DNA from: Gammaproteobacteria bacterium | GTDB lineage: Bacteria > Pseudomonadota > Gammaproteobacteria > GCA-001735895 | Direction of reading: 5' to 3' | Length of the DNA: 64,000 nt | Assembly: GCA_050298595.1 (NCBI GenBank) | Contig: JBNKUM010000107.1 | Location: forward strand, 1-64,000 | Shown here: positions 1-9,800 of the stretch, one piece after another | Numbering within the stretch: the first letter of the stretch is position 1 | Layout: each line of letters opens with the position of its first letter | Program-made: the position numbers and the translations under genes | The notes under the pieces: generated by a model | The model's input: the letters and a program-made list of their open reading frames with translations, nothing else | Database searches by the model: none | Told to the model about the DNA's origin: nothing

Positions 1-19
1 ACCACATAGGAATGTGAAA

Positions 20-547
20 ATGGATAAAATCTATCTAACCGCATTGATGGTGCTTCTACATTCGTCAGTTGCTTTCGCAAAGGATTGCGAAATCCCATAT
101 TCTGATAATCCATATTTAAATCATTCCATAAACCCTGGTGCTTCCTTTAAGTGGAATCCTGATTTGAGTTATGCGATTAATCCCAATGTCACCTATTCAA
201 TAAATCCAAATTTAACAGAAGAGTATAACCCTGATTTAACTCACTCAATTAATCCAGTTGAGACTGTCAAACTGAATCCATATATTAGCAAGTGGAATGG
301 ATATAATGTTTGCACACCGAATGGAGAGCTTGTTGGTGCCAGCGTTATAGCTAATAAAGATGTTATGGTTATTTTTACCGGCATGGATTGGATTGGTAAT
401 TTCATAACTAATAAAAATAGCGGTTATAATTTTTTCAACCTGGAAAAAGAATGGAAAGGATTTCTTGTCCCCACGAAATCAGACGGTTATGCTTTTTTTA
501 ATCATGAAAACAAATGGGTGTTTTCACTAATAAAGAAAAATCTTTAA
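20..547 (+). CDS. Secreted hypothetical protein with eight Asn-Pro motifs at exact 8-aa spacing
   Basis: ORF 14..547; AGGA at 8-11 favours ATG at 20; signal peptide ending AFA; NP every 8 residues; 10-bp hairpin 542-565 over the stop. Confidence 0.75.
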   Translation: MDKIYLTALMVLLHSSVAFAKDCEIPYSDNPYLNHSINPGASFKWNPDLSYAINPNVTYSINPNLTEEYNPDLTHSINPVETVKLNPYISKWNGYNVCTPNGELVGASVIANKDVMVIFTGMDWIGNFITNKNSGYNFFNLEKEWKGFLVPTKSDGYAFFNHENKWVFSLIKKNL

Positions 548-816
548 CCAGCGACCTGGTTAAAGTGCGGAATAAAATTACTAAGCCCACTCAGTCCCAT
601 CTCTCACCATGGCATTAAGCATGTTGATCAGTTTTCTCATACAGTCAGTAATTGCTACTTTTATATGTTTAACCAGAGCCATCAATCGCTTCTACGTAAA
701 TTTGTTCGCAATTGACCACTCGTATTAGAGGCTAGTAAACAACAGATTATTGTATCTATACCCCTGAGGATTTTGATCTTTAAGCGCAGACTGAAATCAG
801 TACTATACCGATACGC

Positions 817-981
817 CCGCTGGATTTCATTGGCAAGCTGGCCGCCCTGGTACCCAAGGCAAGGGTAATCCACCTCAAAACCACAAGATGCTGAAACATT
901 TGCAGGCCAAGGGTGAATTACCATATCGCCGGATCTGTTACCGGATACACGGGCCTCGCACAATGCGGACTGGTTTTATAG
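817..981 (+). pseudogene. Internally deleted ISCR/IS91-family (rolling-circle) transposase remnant
   Basis: 817-876 reads PLDFIGKLAALVPKARVIHL, like the ISCR motif PLDFIARLAALVPKPRVNL; ~929-980 reads PDLLPDTRASHNADWF, like the ISCR C-terminus; an oriIS-type end follows. Confidence 0.7.
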
Positions 982-1208
982 AACCGAATCTGAGCACAAC
1001 TATCCAGGTAAATTATGGTAACCGGTAAAACAGGTTACCCGGCGGCCTGCTGCCTATTGGAGCGAGCCAGGCGCAGAGTGGCCAAAAAGCACAGCATCAG
1101 ATGGAAAACTCAGGAGGATGGAACCAATTGAGATCGAGCAGAAGGGTGTTTTGGGTGAATTTTTACTCCGGCTCCACGGCTTGATAGCGTTTATTCTTCT
1201 TATACTTA
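977..1208 (+). mobile_element. ISCR-like 3'/oriIS end, copy 1 of a direct repeat
   Basis: Near-identical to 5011-5254; ends GCGTTTATTCTTCTTATAC (1187-1205), resembling the ISCR oriIS GCGTTT-N3-TTCCTATAC. Confidence 0.75.
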
Positions 1209-1656
1209 CGAATCTGACTGTTAGATAGGTAACATTTTACCAGGTCGCATTGGCTCTATTCTGGATATGGTAGAGCCGTCTTGTCTGAGGGAAAGGTTCG
1301 GATTCCAGGTTAAATCGAGTGAACAGTGCGTTCACGCACATTTTAGCCCTGCCCTGGGCGTAAACAAGGAAATAAGCGGAATGTTAGGCTATAAATTAAA
1401 TAAAAATGGGTCAGAGATGGACGGCACTTGACTTAAGGCAGAAAACTCTGACATTCCATCATTTTAATCGAGAGGTGAAAAAGGCTGTGAGGCACAAGCT
1501 ATCCAGGCCTAAGCTGGAGTCTTATCTGTTTAATTTATGGCTTTTACCTCATGATTTCGTTTTGGGTCAGAGAGTAATTGTTTCTAAATATTAGAGAATT
1601 TTTATTTTCTTACTCAGTTTTTTTAAAGTGAAACCTGCCGTAGCACTAAGGGATAT

Positions 1657-4600
1657 ATGTTAATAACTCTTCTCAGTACCTCCTGCCTGATTCTGCTCGT
1701 CCTGTTGATAATCCAGCAGCGTAAGAACCGGTTGCTGCAGAGTGACAGGCAGGTATTCCGAGCCCTGGCCGAGAATAGTCCAGATCTAATCTTTATCTAC
1801 GACCGCCAGGGCCGTCGCGTCTACGTCAATCCAGTCTTCACCAGGCTTTTCGGCGTGTTGGTAGAAGACATAGTCGGCAAATCGCCAGCCGATAGCCCAG
1901 TCCTCGATTCCGCACAGAACCGTAAACTGGTTGATAGCATCCGCCACGGATTCGAGACCGGCGAATCGAGCGAGATCGATGTTATCTTTGAAGATCAGCA
2001 GGGGCTGGCACACAATTACAGCATGCTACTGATACCCGAATGCGATGGCGAAGGGCAAGTCAATACCGTGCTGGGCCTGAATCGCGATATTACCGCCATC
2101 CGCGAAGTAGAGCGGACTGTGTCGAACCTCGTCACCCAGCTGCCCGGCTTTGTTTTCAAATTCCGCAGATCGGCCGATGGTTTTATGAGCTATCCCTTCG
2201 CCAGCCCTCGCGTCGAGGAATTCTTTGGCCTCAGGCCCGAGGATATAGTGCAGGACGCCACCCCGCTGCATGCCATGACCCATCCCGAGGATGCCCCTCG
2301 CGTGTTAGAGTCTATCCTCGAGTCGGCGCGTACAATGTCCAGTTCGCACGTGGAATATCGCCTACTCCGGCCGGGATATCCCGAGCGCTGGGTGGAGGTT
2401 ACCGCCACTCCCGAAGCGGAAGCCGATGGTGGCGTTCTCTGGTACGGTTTCTTCCTCGACATCACCGAGCGCAAGCGTGCCGAACAGGACCTGAAGCAGG
2501 CACTGGAATCTATCGATGGGATTATCAACGCGATTCCAGATTTACTGTTCGAATTTGACCTGAACGGAACCTACCTCAACGTTTGGGCACACAACCCGAC
2601 ACTCCTGGTTGCGCAAAAGGAAATACTGCTGGGTAATACCGTCCGCGATGTACTCCTCCCCGATGATGCGGAAATCACCATGTCCGCCATTGATGAAGCT
2701 GACCGCAAGGGCTCTTCCTTCGGCAAGGTCATTCGTATAGAGCTTCCTCAGGGTACAAGCTGGTTTGAACTTTCCGTTTCAAGAAAGCCCGGTTCCAGCG
2801 ACACCGACAGGCGCTTCATCGCGTTGTCCCGCGATATCACCGAACGCAGGCGTATGGAATTACTACTGGCTACCCGCGAGCGCGAGTTGCGTAGCCTCAT
2901 GGAACATCTTCCCGCCAACATCGCCCGCTATACGCTGGGCGCTCGTAACCTCTACGCGAATCCGATGCTCGAGCGCACCCTTGATACGCCTAAAGAGGAC
3001 TTACTGGGCAGGACACCGATGGAGGCCTTTCCAGACGGGCGTTACAGCGAATACCAGCAACGAATTCTCGCCACGGCCGCCAGCGGCAACAGCGATGAAA
3101 TGGAAATGGTGATACCGAAAGGGGGCGACGAGGTGGAGTATCACCAGGTCCGCTTTGTCGCTGAACGTGACGAGAAGGATAAAGTCGTCAGTGTACTGTC
3201 GATCGGTACCGATATCAGCGAACGCAAGCAAGCGGAGCTGGCGCTTGCCGCCCGCGAGCGCGAGTTGCGTACGCTACTGGAGAGCATCCCCGATAACATC
3301 GCCCGATATACGCCGGATGCTCGTCGCATCTACATTAATCCGGTGCTGGAGCGTACCTACGACAAGCCTAAGGAGTACTTCCTGGGCAGGACGCCAATGG
3401 AGTGTTTCCCGGATGGGCGCTACTGCGAATACCAGCGGCGAGTGATCGCCACAGCCGCCACCGGTAGTAACTATGAAATGGAAATGGCAATGCCAATGGC
3501 GAACGGCGAAGTTGAGTATCACTTCATTCGATTTGTCCCCGAACGTAACGAGAAGGACGAGGTCATCAGTGTGCTGGCGATCGGTACCGATATCACCGAA
3601 CGCAAACGAGCGGAGCTTGCGCTTGCTGCCCGCGAACGCGAGTTCCGCAGCCTGGCAGAGAGTCTGCCGGACAATATTATCCGCTACGACCGGAAAGGTG
3701 TGACAGTTTACGTCAACCCGGTGCTCGAACGAACTCTGGGAGAAAGCGCCACTGCGATGATCGGGGCCACTCCGCGCGAACATCATCCAGACGGATCATA
3801 TGAGGATTACGCGCAATTGCTCGATGTAGTGCTCGCCAGCGGTGAAGCGGGAGAGCTCGAAAAGCAGCATCTCGACCAGAACGGGGGAGAGCACCTGAGC
3901 CAGATACGTATGGTTCCCGAGTTTGACGACGACGGCGAAGTGGTGGGCGTACTTGCCATCGGCCGCGACATCACCGAGACTAGACGCGCAGAGGAAAAGT
4001 TGCGGCTGGCCGCCAGCGTCTTCACCAGCACCAGTGAAGGCATCATCGTCAGCGATACCGATAATCGGATCCTCGACGTGAATGAGGCGTTTACTCGAAT
4101 TACCGGATATACGCGGGAGGAGGTGATCGGCGAGAATCCGAGCCTGCTAAGTTACGGACGCCAGGCTCCAGAGTTCTATGCCGAAATGTGGCGAACTCTG
4201 CAGCAAACCGGCCATTGGGCGGGCGAAATATGGAATCAACGCAGTGATGGCGAGGAGTATGCCGTATGGCTAACGATCTCCGTGGTAAATGACGATCAGG
4301 GCAAGCTTAGCCATTACGTTGCTGTGTTTGCCGACATCACGCTGATCAAGGAACAGGAGCGGCAGCTTCAGCGCATTGCCCACCACGACGCCCTGACAGG
4401 TCTGCCCAATCGCCTGCTGTTTCTGGATCGGCTGAAGCAGGCAGTAGCTCAGGCGCGGCGCAGCGGCGGCTTGCTTGCCGTGTGCTATGGCGACCTGGAT
4501 GGCTTCAAGCCGGTGAACGACCGTTATGGGCATGAAGCCGGGGACAATGTGCTGGTTACGATCGGCAAACGAATGCAGGAATGCGTGCGCGTTGGCGATA

Positions 4601-4881
4601 CGGTGGGGCGCATAGGCGGTGACGAGTTCGTGATTCTACTGATGGACCTGGAAGGCGTTGAGGAATGCAGGATGGTCCTGACTCGGCTGCTCAACACAAT
4701 AGCACAACCGATCCAGCTCGGTGGGCATTCGGTTTCGGTCTCTGCGAGTCTTGGTGTTGCATTGTTTCCGCAAGACGATGCCGATCCAGATTTACTGCTT
4801 CGGCATGCCGATCAGGCGATGTACCAGGCCAAGCGGGGTGGCAAGAGTAGTTATCGCTTGTTTGATCCAGACCAGCCGTAG
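1657..4881 (+). CDS. Multi-PAS diguanylate cyclase (N-terminal TM helix, 7 PAS/PAC, GGDEF)
   Basis: Repeated PAC ends (DITERK), HDALTGLPNR, GDLDGFKPVND, intact GGDEF with RxxD I-site (RVGD); visibly more GC-rich than the core genes. Confidence 0.95.
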   Translation: MLITLLSTSCLILLVLLIIQQRKNRLLQSDRQVFRALAENSPDLIFIYDRQGRRVYVNPVFTRLFGVLVEDIVGKSPADSPVLDSAQNRKLVDSIRHGFETGESSEIDVIFEDQQGLAHNYSMLLIPECDGEGQVNTVLGLNRDITAIREVERTVSNLVTQLPGFVFKFRRSADGFMSYPFASPRVEEFFGLRPEDIVQDATPLHAMTHPEDAPRVLESILESARTMSSSHVEYRLLRPGYPERWVEVTATPEAEADGGVLWYGFFLDITERKRAEQDLKQALESIDGIINAIPDLLFEFDLNGTYLNVWAHNPTLLVAQKEILLGNTVRDVLLPDDAEITMSAIDEADRKGSSFGKVIRIELPQGTSWFELSVSRKPGSSDTDRRFIALSRDITERRRMELLLATRERELRSLMEHLPANIARYTLGARNLYANPMLERTLDTPKEDLLGRTPMEAFPDGRYSEYQQRILATAASGNSDEMEMVIPKGGDEVEYHQVRFVAERDEKDKVVSVLSIGTDISERKQAELALAARERELRTLLESIPDNIARYTPDARRIYINPVLERTYDKPKEYFLGRTPMECFPDGRYCEYQRRVIATAATGSNYEMEMAMPMANGEVEYHFIRFVPERNEKDEVISVLAIGTDITERKRAELALAAREREFRSLAESLPDNIIRYDRKGVTVYVNPVLERTLGESATAMIGATPREHHPDGSYEDYAQLLDVVLASGEAGELEKQHLDQNGGEHLSQIRMVPEFDDDGEVVGVLAIGRDITETRRAEEKLRLAASVFTSTSEGIIVSDTDNRILDVNEAFTRITGYTREEVIGENPSLLSYGRQAPEFYAEMWRTLQQTGHWAGEIWNQRSDGEEYAVWLTISVVNDDQGKLSHYVAVFADITLIKEQERQLQRIAHHDALTGLPNRLLFLDRLKQAVAQARRSGGLLAVCYGDLDGFKPVNDRYGHEAGDNVLVTIGKRMQECVRVGDTVGRIGGDEFVILLMDLEGVEECRMVLTRLLNTIAQPIQLGGHSVSVSASLGVALFPQDDADPDLLLRHADQAMYQAKRGGKSSYRLFDPDQP
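2873..3628 (+). repeat. Tandem intragenic duplication of a PAS-PAC module (378-nt period)
   Basis: cccgcgagcgcgagttgcgta at 2873 and 3251; protein repeats RERELRSLMEHLPANIARY / RERELRTLLESIPDNIARY. Confidence 0.85.
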
Positions 4882-5010
4882 TCGGGGGAATGAGGCTGAA
4901 TTGAGCAGCGCGGCGTTGGTGGTCGAGTCCTACATCGACTTACCGATCAATAGCGAACTCTTGCCCATATCGCATTGTGCAGAGCCCCCTTATTTTGCTT
5001 ATTTTGTTTG

Positions 5011-5254
5011 TATAGAACCGAATCTGAGTACAACTATCCAGGTAAATTATGGTAACCGGTAAAACAGGTTACCTGGCGGCCTGCTGCCTATTGGAACGAG
5101 CCAGGGGCAGAGTGGCCAAAAAGCACAGCATCAGATGGAAAACTCAGGAGGATGGAATCAATTGAGATCGAGCAGAAGAGTGTTTTGGGTGAATTTCTAC
5201 TCCGGCTCCAGGGCTTGATAGGTAAGGGTGTTGCGTTAATTCTTCTTATACTTA
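5011..5254 (+). mobile_element. ISCR-like 3'/oriIS end, copy 2 of a direct repeat
   Basis: Matches 977-1208 with about 9 substitutions and a 12-nt indel (counted by eye); ends GCGTTAATTCTTCTTATAC (5233-5251). Confidence 0.75.
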
Positions 5255-5524
5255 AAGCGTTGGCTTTGTAACGGATGACGAATTGAAACAGTTGTTTGGA
5301 AATAAGTTTGACAGGTTTTCGAGCGATATAAAAAGTTACCTTGAAAAGTTTGCAGAACAAAACTGTAAGGTTAATTCAGGACCTCTACAGCGTGAACCAG
5401 TTACACAGCAAACGGTTTAGATAGATAAAAAGCCTCTTTTCAAAAACAGCCGTTTAGTGGTATTAACTGGTAATTTCCGTAAATTACTATATATAAGTCA
5501 TTACTTGTCATTGGTTGATCTAAG

Positions 5525-5959
5525 ATGAACAATAATAAAGATTCAGAATTTGATCCATCGATTCTCCCCTTTTTTGAAATTGCAGAGTTTAATGGTTCAG
5601 CAGCTCAGCTCGATTTTTTCAATTTTGTAGTTGAAATTGTCTCAGACCAAATTTTTTTAATGCACAAAGATTCACAGATTCTTTATGTAAATGAGTCTGC
5701 ATGTAAATCTCTGGGCTATACACAGGATGAACTCCTGGGGAAATTTGTGTGGGAGTGGGATCCCAATGTTAGCGAAGAAATGTGGCCAGGACTTTGGGCT
5801 GAAACTGTGGAAAAAAAACATCTACATTTCCAAACTGAGCATCGAACAAAATCAGGAGAAACCTTTGCAGTAGATATACATTCATATTATTACGAAAGGG
5901 GTGGGGAACAGTTTGTAGTAGCTATATGTAATGAGATAAGTGACGATAACTCTGATTAG
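5525..5959 (+). CDS. Stand-alone PAS-domain protein
   Basis: ILYVNESACKSLGYTQDELLG and TEHRTKSGETFAVDI PAS/PAC motifs; no output domain. Confidence 0.8.
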   Translation: MNNNKDSEFDPSILPFFEIAEFNGSAAQLDFFNFVVEIVSDQIFLMHKDSQILYVNESACKSLGYTQDELLGKFVWEWDPNVSEEMWPGLWAETVEKKHLHFQTEHRTKSGETFAVDIHSYYYERGGEQFVVAICNEISDDNSD

Positions 5960-6012
5960 TTGGTAGGCCAATTGGTATGGTACTTATCTAATCCTAAAAA
6001 CTAAAATAATTC

Positions 6013-6101
6013 GTCATTGCGAGGAGCGCGCGAGGTGGCAATCTAAATAGTATGACGTCACTTTTAGAAGATTGCCACGTCGTTCAACTCCTCGAAAAGA
6101 C
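6013..6101. repeat. Long imperfect palindromic element (RPE/REP-like)
   Basis: GTCATTGCGAGGAG..GTGGCAATCT pairs with AGATTGCCAC..CTCCTCGAAAAGAC. Confidence 0.7.
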
Positions 6102-6119
6102 AGGATCATTTTAATGGTT

Positions 6120-6286
6120 AAAGGGGTCGCTACCCTTTATTTAATCATCGCCAAGCTTTCTAGGTCTGCCATGTGGTCGATACTGCAATACCCTTCCAAT
6201 TTGTTTTTCCAGTTTCTGGATAAATCGATTAGCACCACATGGCAATCCCTTTTCAATATTACGCCGAATGATCGATAGATCATCAA
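6120..6286 (-). pseudogene. C-terminal fragment of a Y1/RAYT-type HUH transposase with terminal hairpin
   Basis: IRRNIEKGLPCGANRFIQKLEKQIGRVLQYRPHGRPRK resembles RAYT C-termini; followed by AAAGGGTAGCGACCCCTTT hairpin. Confidence 0.6.
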
Positions 6287-6317
6287 AATAATAAAAATGG
6301 TGGTGCCCCCTTATTCC

Positions 6318-6628
6318 ATGCAAATGGTAGAACAGAAATTATTTCGAGAGGATTTATACTGTCGTTTAAATGTCATTGAAATAACTATGCCCCCATTAAG
6401 GTGTAGAGGAAAAGATATTTTTGAGCTTGCTGAAATAATACTGAATACCACTTCTAAACGATTTCAAAGAACAAAGTATACTTTTAGTGATAATGCGAAA
6501 AACTGTTACAGGAGTATCACTGGCCCGGAAACGTACGCGAACTGGAAAATGTCATTGAACGCGCCATTATATTGAGTAACGATCAAGTTATTCGTTTTCA
6601 GGAGCTGGGAATTCCAAGAAGCAATTAA
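6318..6628 (+). pseudogene. Fragment of a sigma54-dependent activator (AAA+ C-terminal part), frameshifted
   Basis: [20 protein letters not shown] in one frame; [17 protein letters not shown] in another after the A-run at ~6498-6502; no Walker A, GAFTGA or HTH. Confidence 0.85.
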
Positions 6629-6892
6629 ATGAATAGATTAGCTGTATTAATCGGGACCTGGTGAGTAGGGATTACTCATCATGAGATGAAAGAGAATTTT
6701 TAATTTAAATCTGCCCCTGATTACCAGGATAGGAATGATTGGCTGACAGCGGCGTTCGGCAGCACTATTGTAACTATCCGAACGCCGAGATACGTCGCCT
6801 CAAAGGTGCAGTTCAGCTCGTCCAACTATTAACTCCAGGGTGAAATGCGCACTACAGCATGAGCTACAGGGTTTTCTGAGTTTCTTTCTACC

Positions 6893-9800
6893 TTAACGTT
6901 TACTATTACCCAGGCAGTAAGCGCAATTATCAAAATCGAGTGCATGCGCTTCATCCAGATCATGAAACCCTATTCGTGAGGAAAGCGGAATATCTCGTGC
7001 CAGGCGAACACACGGCTCTATGTGTAACTCACGGCTCTTTACATTCCCGTAATAGGGGAAGTCAAAACTATGTTTCAAATGTTTTGCATCGGCTCCATAG
7101 CCAGCCAACAATGTCACTTCCGGTAGCTGCTCGCCACCCTCTTTCACACAAAGGCATGGCTCGAAACCGAACAACCAGGCATCTTCCTGGCAGGCAAAGC
7201 CAATCCGATGTTTCTCCAATATACGCTTCACTCGCCAACAGTCGGCACGGTGGTAATATTTACTATCAATCGCCGCGAGCCAATGGAAACCCTCATTAGC
7301 GCTACGTTTTTTCGCCAATGGCCAGGGAACGAAATTGACATCGCAATGGACACCATTGCTCCGTCGCTCACCCTCGATTACAACCACATCACCACTACCG
7401 CCACGTTGCAACAACGGCATAGTAAAGGAGAGGGTAAGGTCATCGATTACCCTGGTAGCCGCCTCTTTACCTTCCATCTGAATATGGTCGTCTGGGCTAA
7501 AGTAACCATGGGCAACAATGGTGGCACCAGGAGCTTCACTCTCGGTCGACAAAGACTTTATGTAAGGTGTTACACCGAATTCCATGGCGTTTCCAGCCAG
7601 TCCTGTCGTTGTATCCACCACTGCCACAGATCTTGGGCCGGGTTCGGCGTCGTTCGGTACGGTCCACTGGAACGTGTTTGAACCGACACGGCTTGCTACC
7701 ACTTCCACACCATTGATATACAAGAGGCAGGCATCTGTAAAATTTAGCCCCGTGATTGTCAAAACTTCTCCGGCTTCCACCGCCAACCTGGATAACGCGG
7801 TGATCTTTGCTTTTACCGCAAAATTGACGATGTTACCTGCCTTGTCAAAGTCGTACTTTATTTTAAGCTCACCATTTCCAGCGCTCATTTCAGGAACAGT
7901 AAACATCCGTGTATTTTCATCCACCAGTGTGGAGTCGACATCTAAACCTCTGTAAAATAGTATTCCATGTAAGTTGAAATATCCTTTCAATATGATCTCT
8001 TCACCTGGCAATGCCTGTGCAGGAGATGCACTTGTATCAATATATGGTGCCACTCCGTACGTAGCTGGATTGCTACGTCGACCATCTTTACTTTGCACCA
8101 CAACTTCTTTTTTCCCAACATCAGTATGCACTTCAAAATTTAAGGTCTGTGTATTCACTACCTCTGTGTCGACCTCGCTCCCATTTTGCAACACTTTGTC
8201 ATCATAATTAAAACCCGCGCCAAGTACTTCAACATTTAGTCCATTCACCTGCACCGTCGGTCTAAGTGCGGTGATAATCGAATTAACCGTAAAGTGTTCT
8301 GTATTACTGTAAATATCGTTGTTCCCGCTGTCAGTGCACATAAGCACGACATCATATTCACCGCCCTGAATATCATTAGGGACCTGAACTTCAATGATTC
8401 CGTTATCATGCGACAGTTCGTTAAGATTTGGTGAGGTGTAGGTGTTGCAAAATCTTAAAAAATTACTTACACCCCCATCACCAACATAGACATGCACATC
8501 AACATTCGTTCCAGGTGCAGCTTCTGCTGGTGAAATCGATCGAATGTAAGGTGCGATTACAAAATCGGTGTCCGTACCCATTACCCCTTCAGCCGATTCT
8601 GCACGTAGCTTTACCAGTCCCACATTTGGCGCAGAGTTATTAACACCAGTATGTGGCACCGTAAATGTTACGGTATTGCCGTTCCCGGACATTTCCAGCT
8701 TCTCGTCGAAACCTGAACCACTAATATGCAACGTCCAGCCACCACTAAAGTAGCCGCTTAATGTAACTTCTTTACCTACAATTTGGGATGTCTTGCTGAC
8801 GCTTGAGATATAGGGTGCCGCTTTAAATGTCAGATCAGTACTGTATTTCCCGAATTTATTCAGGAATATTTTTTTAAGGCCGGGGGGGAAATTATATGGA
8901 TAGGTAAATGTGAGCGTTTTCCCATCTGGCTGTGCATTTACCTGACTGACAGTCAAATCAGGGTGTGAACCGTCATAGGCCCTGATAATGACGTCACAAC
9001 CATTGAGATTGTGTCCTGTAAGCGTAATAGTACCTCCAGCAACACCGCCTTCAGGAGAAATGCCCTCCAGCAATGGCGTAGCGATAAGCCCTTCGCGCTC
9101 AGCCACGTCAATAATCCATGGGGCATATCGATCCAGCATCTGAGTGGCATGCTCGCCTATATTCACATCCCATTGATTAAACGCTGCGGCACCATCACAG
9201 GGTTCAAAATTGGTAATGTTGAAATCGCCAGGTGAAATAGCACCGTCAATAGCGCACCCCACCGGCCAGGCTGCAGATTTCTTCATCGCTGTACTGCTAA
9301 AATTGTGCCGCTGAAATACGTTATAACAACTCACACCTTGTAGAGAGCGCAGTACAGGAAAGTAATCTGTTCTCTCCTTCGTTGGTCTTTTTGTGACGCT
9401 TTTCCAGTAATACTCACTGTCCTTACGCCACAAATGTTTTTTTGTTTTCACATGCCATTCACGTATTAGCTTCTTCTCATCCTTGTGCCCCTCATTGACA
9501 CGCGGATCGATACTCACTAACACCACTTTGGATGACTCATTCGTCATCCGACTGGCAAGATGATAGGCAAGCAGTGCACCGCGCCCAAAACCAGCGAACA
9601 AAAGTATTGGCCGATCCACGCCCATCTTGTCGTAAACCAGGAGGATGCGATTTATTACATGCTCGCTTAGCTCCTCTTCGACTCGTTTCTTGCGTTCTTC
9701 AGAATAGAGCCAATTGTTATTTGGATTTAGAACGTCAACGATAATCGCATCGGCTTCCTGTGTACCTAATGAGGTGAAATGATTGTAATCCTTGTAGAGA

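Noticed and set aside
682-963. 93-aa minus-strand ORF (also 5088..5360)
   Set aside because: Antisense to the ISCR remnant or repeat; no recognisable protein features
542-1390. Integron attC sites suggested by TAAC and GTTAGAT/GTTAGGC motifs
   Set aside because: No properly paired R''/R' and L boxes; the repeats are better explained as ISCR ends; no IntI in the window
2040-4533. Many overlapping alternative-frame ORFs inside the diguanylate cyclase
   Set aside because: Expected shadow ORFs of a GC-rich gene with few off-frame stops
6750-6787. 10-bp inverted repeat CGGCGTTCGG/CCGAACGCCG
   Set aside because: 18-nt loop, no U-tract, single copy; no function can be supported
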